From Alphaproteobacteria bacterium (GTDB lineage Bacteria; Pseudomonadota; Alphaproteobacteria; UBA2136; UBA6156): 37,817 nt of DNA. Below are positions 32,955 to 37,817 of the stretch, in pieces. Both the position numbers and the translations under genes were made by a program. A model generated the notes under the pieces. The model saw only the letters and a list, made by a program, of their open reading frames with translations, did not search any database and had not been told where the DNA came from. Positions within the stretch are counted from its first letter, which is position 1. Every line of letters starts with the position of its first letter. The DNA lies in assembly GCA_027489415.1 (NCBI GenBank), contig JAIXZU010000127.1, positions 1 to 37,817 on the forward strand, in the 5' to 3' direction.

Positions 32955-35900
32955 CAGGCCACGCCCTGCACCAAATTATTTTGCTCAGTCCGGTCAGACA
33001 GGCGGCGCAATTCCGCCCGCAATTGCACCAGCTCATCCACCACATCGGCAAAGCCACGACCGCTCACCTCAAGCAGCGGGCGCATATCCAGCGTAATGGC
33101 GGGCGCAGCGGGCGTCGCAAAGGGCGACAGCGACTGCCGAATAAAGCCCTCAATGCGGGTAAAATCAGCACTGCTGGCAAAGCCATCACGCGCCACGCCC
33201 AGCAGCGTGTCGGCGGCACCCAAAAGCCCGCTGGTGTCACCACCGCGCGCATTGGTTAGCGCACTGCCAAACTCATTTTGTGCCAGCAGCAGCCGGTCAT
33301 TAAAGCCAAGGCTGCTGCTATTGCCCAAAGCCTGCCGCGTCAACCACTCCCTAATAGCCCCGCGATTATCGGCCACGCCCTGCTGCGCAATTTGCTGGCG
33401 GCGCAGGCCGTAAAGCCGCTCAATCTCCACCAAGCCTGCGCCCACCGCATTGGCGGTTTTAATTTGTTCGTCACGCCATTTATCCAGCTGGCGCAGTGCC
33501 AGCGCATTGGGGTCGGCAATGCCATCAATGGCGTCGCGCAATTCCTGCACATAATCACCCGCAATTTTGGCGCGCTGGGTGGCCTCAGCATTATTGAGTG
33601 GCGCTAAGGCCAAGCCTAATTCACCGGCCTTTTTGCGCGCCTCGTCAAATTGCCGCGTCAGCTCTTGCAGGGCTTGCTCCACCGCGCTCAGCTGCGGCTT
33701 TTGCTCTAACAGTGCCTTATAGGCGCTGGCAAAATTAAGGTTCTCCACCATTTTTTGCAGGTCGCCACCGGCGGCCAAGGCTTTGCTAAATGCATCGGGC
33801 AGGGTCTGGCCAAACAGGCCTTGCACATTTTGCGCCAGCACCGCAATCGCGCCGCCCACATCATTCACGCCTGCAGTAAAGCTCTTATCGCCTACAAAAA
33901 TCTTGGTGCTGTCGCGCTGGCCGATGGCGAGGCCAAGTTTGCCGCTGGCACTTTGGCCGGTCGCTTGCTCAATCGCTGTCACCAGCTGCTGCGCGCTGTT
34001 AAAAAACGTATCGCGCGCCGCGCGGGTTTGGTCGTTCGCACCATCTTCGCTGGCCGTAAATCTACGAGCGGCAAAATCATAAGCGCCACCCGCGGTAAAG
34101 TTGCTTGGTTTTTTGTTGCCAAAGAGGCTGCCAAGCGCCGTGCCAGCAGCGCCACCAATTAAAGCGCCAATGGGCCCGCCAGCAATCATGCCAACACCCG
34201 CACCAAGCCCGCCACCAATGCCGCCACCAGTGCCGCCAATCATGCCGCCCAGCGCAAAGCCAATGCCGGCCGCACCCAGCACACTGGTAAGGCTGGCGCT
34301 GGTCAGCGCGGCCGTGCCGGGCAGGGTGGGGCCAACAAAACTGGCGCCATAGCCAAAGCCCATGCTGGCACCAGCGCTGTTAATTGCGCCGCCAATGCCA
34401 CCAAGCCCAGCGCCACCAAACAGGCTGCTGGTGCTATTGCCAAGGCTCAGCGCATCCATAATGCCAAAGCCGCCGCCAGCACCACCCGCACCACCGAACG
34501 CGCTGCCACCGGCAAGGCCGCCCGCCATGCCGCCCAAGGTGCTGGCCACAATCGGCGCAATAATGGGGCGGATAATCGCATTCGCGGCAATTTGCTTAAA
34601 GCTTTCCAGCACCATGGCACGAAATTGCTGCATAATATTGCCGCCACGGCCCAGCAAACCATCGGCCAAATTATCGACGATATTATCGGTGGTGCGGTCA
34701 ACCACACGTTGCCATTCCTCTTGCTGGCGCTTGAGCTCGGCCATGCGCGCCGCCTCGGCGGCGGTGGCGGCCTCTTGCGCGGCGCGGGCATCATAAAGCG
34801 CGGCGGCTGCACTCTGCACGGCCAGCACTTGCTGGCTGGTGAGTTTGATATTTTCGCGCTTGGCGGCATTGTGTGCGGTTTCCACCGCCGACGCTATGGC
34901 ACGCTCTCTTGCGGCAAGTCCAAGCATACGGCGCTCTTTTTCCATCGCGGCAATTTGCTCTTCAATGGCGCGGGTGGCTTTTTCTGCATCTTCGCTAACC
35001 GGCTTTGGTTTGTTTTTCTCCCAGCCGGGGCGCAACGCTTGCTGCAACGCCTGCGCTTGATAGGCTTTATCCAATTCGGCCAATTTTTTCTCAGCATCCA
35101 GTTTTTGCGCCATGCTAACTTCACCGGCGTTGCGCCCGGTCGGCCTTTGCAAAATATCAAGCAGCTCATCGCGGCCATTGGCTTTGGGTGGCATAAATAA
35201 ATTTTGGCCAATTTTATCCATAAATGGCCCGGCCCAATCGCCAATAATCTGAAAGCCCTTATCCAAAAAGGCAAAAAACTCCTGAAATCTTTGCGTCATC
35301 CAAGTGAGTGTGTCGGTCACAGTGGTCAATATGCCGCTAAAAATCGACACCACCCGCGCACCCAAAGCCAGCAGCGCATTGCCCAAGGCCTCAAACGAGC
35401 TGGCAACCGCGCCCATATCTTTAATGGTGCGCTCATCAAAGTAAGGTTTTACCCCGCTGAGCTTTTCGGGCAGCTCATTGAGCATGGGCAAAAGGTTTTG
35501 GCCAGCGCGGCCAAGCAATTCAAAAGCCCGCTTGCCCTTCATGGCTGGGTCTTCAACTTTGGCCAGCGCATCGGCCAACATCAGCATGCCCTGCTCAGTA
35601 TCGGTGGTGGGGTCAAGTAACTGGTCAAGGTCAATGCCAAGGCGCGAAAAACTCTCTTTGGCTTTTTCGTTGCCATCTCTGGCATCAGCCATTTGCCGAG
35701 TGAGTCTCTGTAGGCCAGTTTGCAATTCGCGCGCACGCACCCCAGAGCTTTGCGCCACCAGCTCAAAACGTTGCAGCGCATCGGTGGACATGTTCATGGT
35801 TTCAGCACGCTCGGCGATACTATCAACTCTGTCCGCAGCGCGGTAAATGCCTGTGACGGCAGCCGTTGCACCAGCTATGGCTGCACCATAACTTAAAACA

Positions 35901-36559
35901 CTATCCCTTAGCCGCGATAAACCGTTGCCAAGGCTTGACCAAGCCGTTTTCTGGCTAGCGCTATTTTTCTCGGCCGCAATTCGTTGCTTTTCGTATTCGT
36001 TGGTAACGCGAGCCATTTGTTGTTGATAGGTCGCGGCGTCAATTTTGCCGGCCGCGAGCGCCTCATTCAAAATCTTTTGCCGCTGCGCCAGTATCTGCTG
36101 GGCGCGCACCAACGGGTTTAATTCAGCATTAAGCGCGTTATAGCTGCGGGTAACTTCATCAATGCGCTGCGCCTCTTCGGCGCGCTGGCGGGTCTGGCCA
36201 GTCAATCGATCGCGGCTTTGTTGATATTCAGCATTAAGCTTGGCCATGGCCGCTTGCGCCCGGTCGGCCTTGTCGGCATTGGCCTGCATATAATCATTAA
36301 TCAGGCGCTGGCGCTTTTCATATTGCTCTTGCAGGCGCGTCAAAGGGTCAAGCTGGCGCTGTAATCTTTCGAAGCTGCTGGTCAGCTTGGTAGCCTTCTC
36401 CGAGGCCACCGTTTGGTTGGCCGAAACCAAAGCCTCTTGGTTGGACAAGTTGCCAAGCTTACCAGCCAAAGCACTGACGACAGCATCTTGCTTTTGAAAC
36501 GAGCCGGTGGTGGCATCAACATTCACCTTTAGCTGGTTAATGCTATCTTGCACGCTCAT
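32954..36559 (-). CDS. Tail tape measure protein
   Basis: 1201 aa. Long coiled-coil N-terminal half and a Gly-rich hydrophobic segment. Follows the G/GT chaperones. Confidence 0.9.
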   Translation of the reverse strand: MSVQDSINQLKVNVDATTGSFQKQDAVVSALAGKLGNLSNQEALVSANQTVASEKATKLTSSFERLQRQLDPLTRLQEQYEKRQRLINDYMQANADKADRAQAAMAKLNAEYQQSRDRLTGQTRQRAEEAQRIDEVTRSYNALNAELNPLVRAQQILAQRQKILNEALAAGKIDAATYQQQMARVTNEYEKQRIAAEKNSASQKTAWSSLGNGLSRLRDSVLSYGAAIAGATAAVTGIYRAADRVDSIAERAETMNMSTDALQRFELVAQSSGVRARELQTGLQRLTRQMADARDGNEKAKESFSRLGIDLDQLLDPTTDTEQGMLMLADALAKVEDPAMKGKRAFELLGRAGQNLLPMLNELPEKLSGVKPYFDERTIKDMGAVASSFEALGNALLALGARVVSIFSGILTTVTDTLTWMTQRFQEFFAFLDKGFQIIGDWAGPFMDKIGQNLFMPPKANGRDELLDILQRPTGRNAGEVSMAQKLDAEKKLAELDKAYQAQALQQALRPGWEKNKPKPVSEDAEKATRAIEEQIAAMEKERRMLGLAARERAIASAVETAHNAAKRENIKLTSQQVLAVQSAAAALYDARAAQEAATAAEAARMAELKRQQEEWQRVVDRTTDNIVDNLADGLLGRGGNIMQQFRAMVLESFKQIAANAIIRPIIAPIVASTLGGMAGGLAGGSAFGGAGGAGGGFGIMDALSLGNSTSSLFGGAGLGGIGGAINSAGASMGFGYGASFVGPTLPGTAALTSASLTSVLGAAGIGFALGGMIGGTGGGIGGGLGAGVGMIAGGPIGALIGGAAGTALGSLFGNKKPSNFTAGGAYDFAARRFTASEDGANDQTRAARDTFFNSAQQLVTAIEQATGQSASGKLGLAIGQRDSTKIFVGDKSFTAGVNDVGGAIAVLAQNVQGLFGQTLPDAFSKALAAGGDLQKMVENLNFASAYKALLEQKPQLSAVEQALQELTRQFDEARKKAGELGLALAPLNNAEATQRAKIAGDYVQELRDAIDGIADPNALALRQLDKWRDEQIKTANAVGAGLVEIERLYGLRRQQIAQQGVADNRGAIREWLTRQALGNSSSLGFNDRLLLAQNEFGSALTNARGGDTSGLLGAADTLLGVARDGFASSADFTRIEGFIRQSLSPFATPAAPAITLDMRPLLEVSGRGFADVVDELVQLRAELRRLSDRTEQNNLVQGVA

Positions 36560-36657
36560 GCTGCACCCCCCCCCAACTCGTCAGGTCAAAACCTTTTACA
36601 CTTCAAAGACTTGTGCTTTTTGCTGCAATTTTGGTCTGTTTGTGTTATGATGTTTCT

Positions 36658-36927
36658 ATGATTTACATATTTGTTGCAGGCGTGGCCGCTATGTTGGCTT
36701 GGCAAAGAGCTAAAGACTCTTTCCGCAACCCGTGGCTGCATGCTGGTATGGCACTGTTGTTCCCGCCACTTTGTCTTATTGTTTTTTTCCTGCCGCGCTT
36801 GCCGGGCCCAATTCTTGCTGCTTGGCTAAAAGAAAACGGCTATCCAGAGCCTGTAATGCGAGAACTTCAAAATATCTTGGCTGATTCTGAGTCAGCCGTG
36901 ACCATGCCTCAATCTCGGCATAACTAA
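36658..36927 (+). CDS. Small two-TM membrane protein encoded antisense within the tail module (moron candidate)
   Basis: An extended -10 (TGtTATGAT, 36643-36651) lies 6 nt before the ATG at 36658. The ORF track version starts at a GTG at 36613. The 3' 152 nt are antisense to the gpT-like frame. Confidence 0.35.
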   Translation: MIYIFVAGVAAMLAWQRAKDSFRNPWLHAGMALLFPPLCLIVFFLPRLPGPILAAWLKENGYPEPVMRELQNILADSESAVTMPQSRHN

Positions 36928-37174
36928 GCGGGTTCATACCAAAGCCATTGCTGCTGCGGCTATGGCACAGCTCCACAAACCATTGCCACACATGCTCTAA
37001 ACAAACCGGCGGCTGAATATTATCGGCCGCAACAAGTTTGGCATCAGGCCTGCCCAACAATCGGCCGGCCGCTTCAAGGTGTGCCCGTAGCGTGCGCCCA
37101 TCACCTTGCCGTTGCTGCAACTCAAATTGCAGCTCGGCAAAGTGCAGCAGCTCACTTAGGGCTTCGGCAAAAAA
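36776..37174 (-). CDS. Tail assembly chaperone T-part, expressed as a G-T fusion by -1 frameshift
   Basis: The -1 frame is open from the slippery site T TTT TTG (37174-37168) to 36776. gpT/DUF1799-like motif WQWFVELCHSRSSNGFGMNPLSYAEIEAW. Confidence 0.65.
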   Translation of the reverse strand, partial: FFAEALSELLHFAELQFELQQRQGDGRTLRAHLEAAGRLLGRPDAKLVAADNIQPPVCLEHVWQWFVELCHSRSSNGFGMNPLSYAEIEAWSRLTQNQPRYFEVLALQALDSRFLLAKQQELGPASAAGKKQ

Positions 37175-37575
37175 TTGCGGCGCTCCTGCACAAACTCGCT
37201 CACCTGCTCGCGCAGCCATTGCAAGGCTGGCTCATTAAACAGCGTGCGCGCATTGGCGGGGTTGCAGGGCATAGTAATGGGCTCACGTGTAGTCACATTC
37301 ACCAAATGCCAATCGGCCACCAGCGCCACCAGCAGGCCAACGGTCTCGGCTTCCAGCTCCTCGGCCGACAAGTTCGATTTATTGCGGCGGGCAAGGCGGC
37401 GGTTGAGGGTTTCGCGGTTATAGTCACGCGCCCTTGGGCTGTCATGGCTAAACAGCGCCACAAACATCGGCTGGCCGTCTTTGTCGTAAATGGGCTCGCC
37501 ATTGGTGGGGTGCAAAATAATGCACCGCTCTGGCGCTTCCACATTCACGGCAAAACCAAGGTCAATCTTATCCAT
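37156..37575 (-). CDS. Tail assembly chaperone (gpG-like)
   Basis: 139 aa. Sits between the major tail and tape measure genes. The slippery heptamer lies 10 nt before its stop. Confidence 0.7.
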   Translation of the reverse strand: MDKIDLGFAVNVEAPERCIILHPTNGEPIYDKDGQPMFVALFSHDSPRARDYNRETLNRRLARRNKSNLSAEELEAETVGLLVALVADWHLVNVTTREPITMPCNPANARTLFNEPALQWLREQVSEFVQERRNFLPKP

Positions 37576-37641
37576 AATTCACTCCATTGTCGGGGGTTGG
37601 GGTTTATAAAGTCTGGGGTTGGTAAAATGTTTTTGAGCTAA

Positions 37642-37817
37642 TTACGCGCTCTCGCTGTCCTGTATCACAATGCTGCTATTATCCACCGTGGTGGTCGATG
37701 TCGGCAGCAAGGCTTGGAATGGCAAGGTGATGGTGGCGCCGCCTTGTTGGCCAGCGTCCGGCACATCAGCCTCGCTAAATTTAATGCGCGGCAAATAAAT
37801 GCTCACAAACGGCGCAT
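37642..37817 (-). CDS. C-terminal part of the major tail protein (continuation of 1061..1)
   Basis: The frame defined by the TAA at 37644-37642 matches the frame leaving position 1 once the 10-nt terminal overlap is merged. Confidence 0.75.
   Translation of the reverse strand, partial: APFVSIYLPRIKFSEADVPDAGQQGGATITLPFQALLPTSTTTVDNSSIVIQDSESA

Larger units (their letters stand above)
1..37817. mobile_element. Complete temperate siphovirus-type phage genome (HK97-like head module, lambda-like tail module), apparently circularly closed
   Basis: The full set of packaging, head, tail, lysis, integration, immunity and replication genes is present. Terminal 10-nt identity, and an ORF continues across the junction. 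Confidence 0.85.

Noticed and set aside
34100-34560. Repetitive Gly/Ala-rich segment suggesting a DNA repeat element
   Set aside because: It is the glycine-rich hydrophobic segment of the tape measure protein. This is low-complexity coding sequence, not a discrete repeat family.

Overview
The window reads as one complete temperate tailed-phage genome of about 37.8 kb. Its first 10 nt (AACGGCGCAT) are identical to its last 10 nt. The major tail protein reading frame continues in frame across that junction, so the sequence looks circularly closed or permuted rather than cut from a chromosome.

The minus strand carries a long late operon:
- Packaging and head: HNH endonuclease, P27-type small terminase, large terminase, HK97-type portal, S49 prohead protease, HK97-fold major capsid.
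- Head-tail joining genes.
- Tail: major tail protein, G/G-T tail chaperones with a T TTT TTG slippery site, a 1201-aa tape measure, tail tip proteins, tail fibre.
- Lysis cassette: M15 peptidase endolysin, holin-like protein, overlapped spanins.

The minus strand also carries a Dam-type methyltransferase. A P4/CP4-57-type tyrosine integrase sits next to a putative attP with phased arm repeats and a tRNA-Ser-like 3' end core. An early-right operon runs cro-like gene, regulators, replisome organizer with embedded iterons, then hicAB.

The plus strand carries a cI-like XRE repressor operon and an early-left operon. The early-left genes are a GapR/DUF2312-like protein, Zn-ribbon proteins, an AlpA/excisionase-like HTH, a J-domain protein, two ASCH proteins and small membrane proteins.

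The most interesting part is the immunity island at about 15.6-19.0 kb. It looks AT-richer by eye and is bracketed by two nearly identical outward-facing promoter-operator cassettes. It holds two uncharacterised cassettes in the position where lambdoid phages keep lysogen-expressed defence genes:
- Two unknown proteins co-transcribed with the repressor.
- A convergent operon pairing a 2TM SLATT-like membrane protein with a STAS-like (DUF4325-type) protein.

Other items worth a second look:
- A densely self-complementary segment at 14.03-14.25 kb inside an ORF with atypical codons.
- An antisense, apparently leaderless small membrane-protein gene wedged between the tail chaperone and the tape measure.
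- Two unusually long out-of-frame gene overlaps.

All functional calls come from reading the translated ORFs and recalling family signatures. No database search or folding computation was run.
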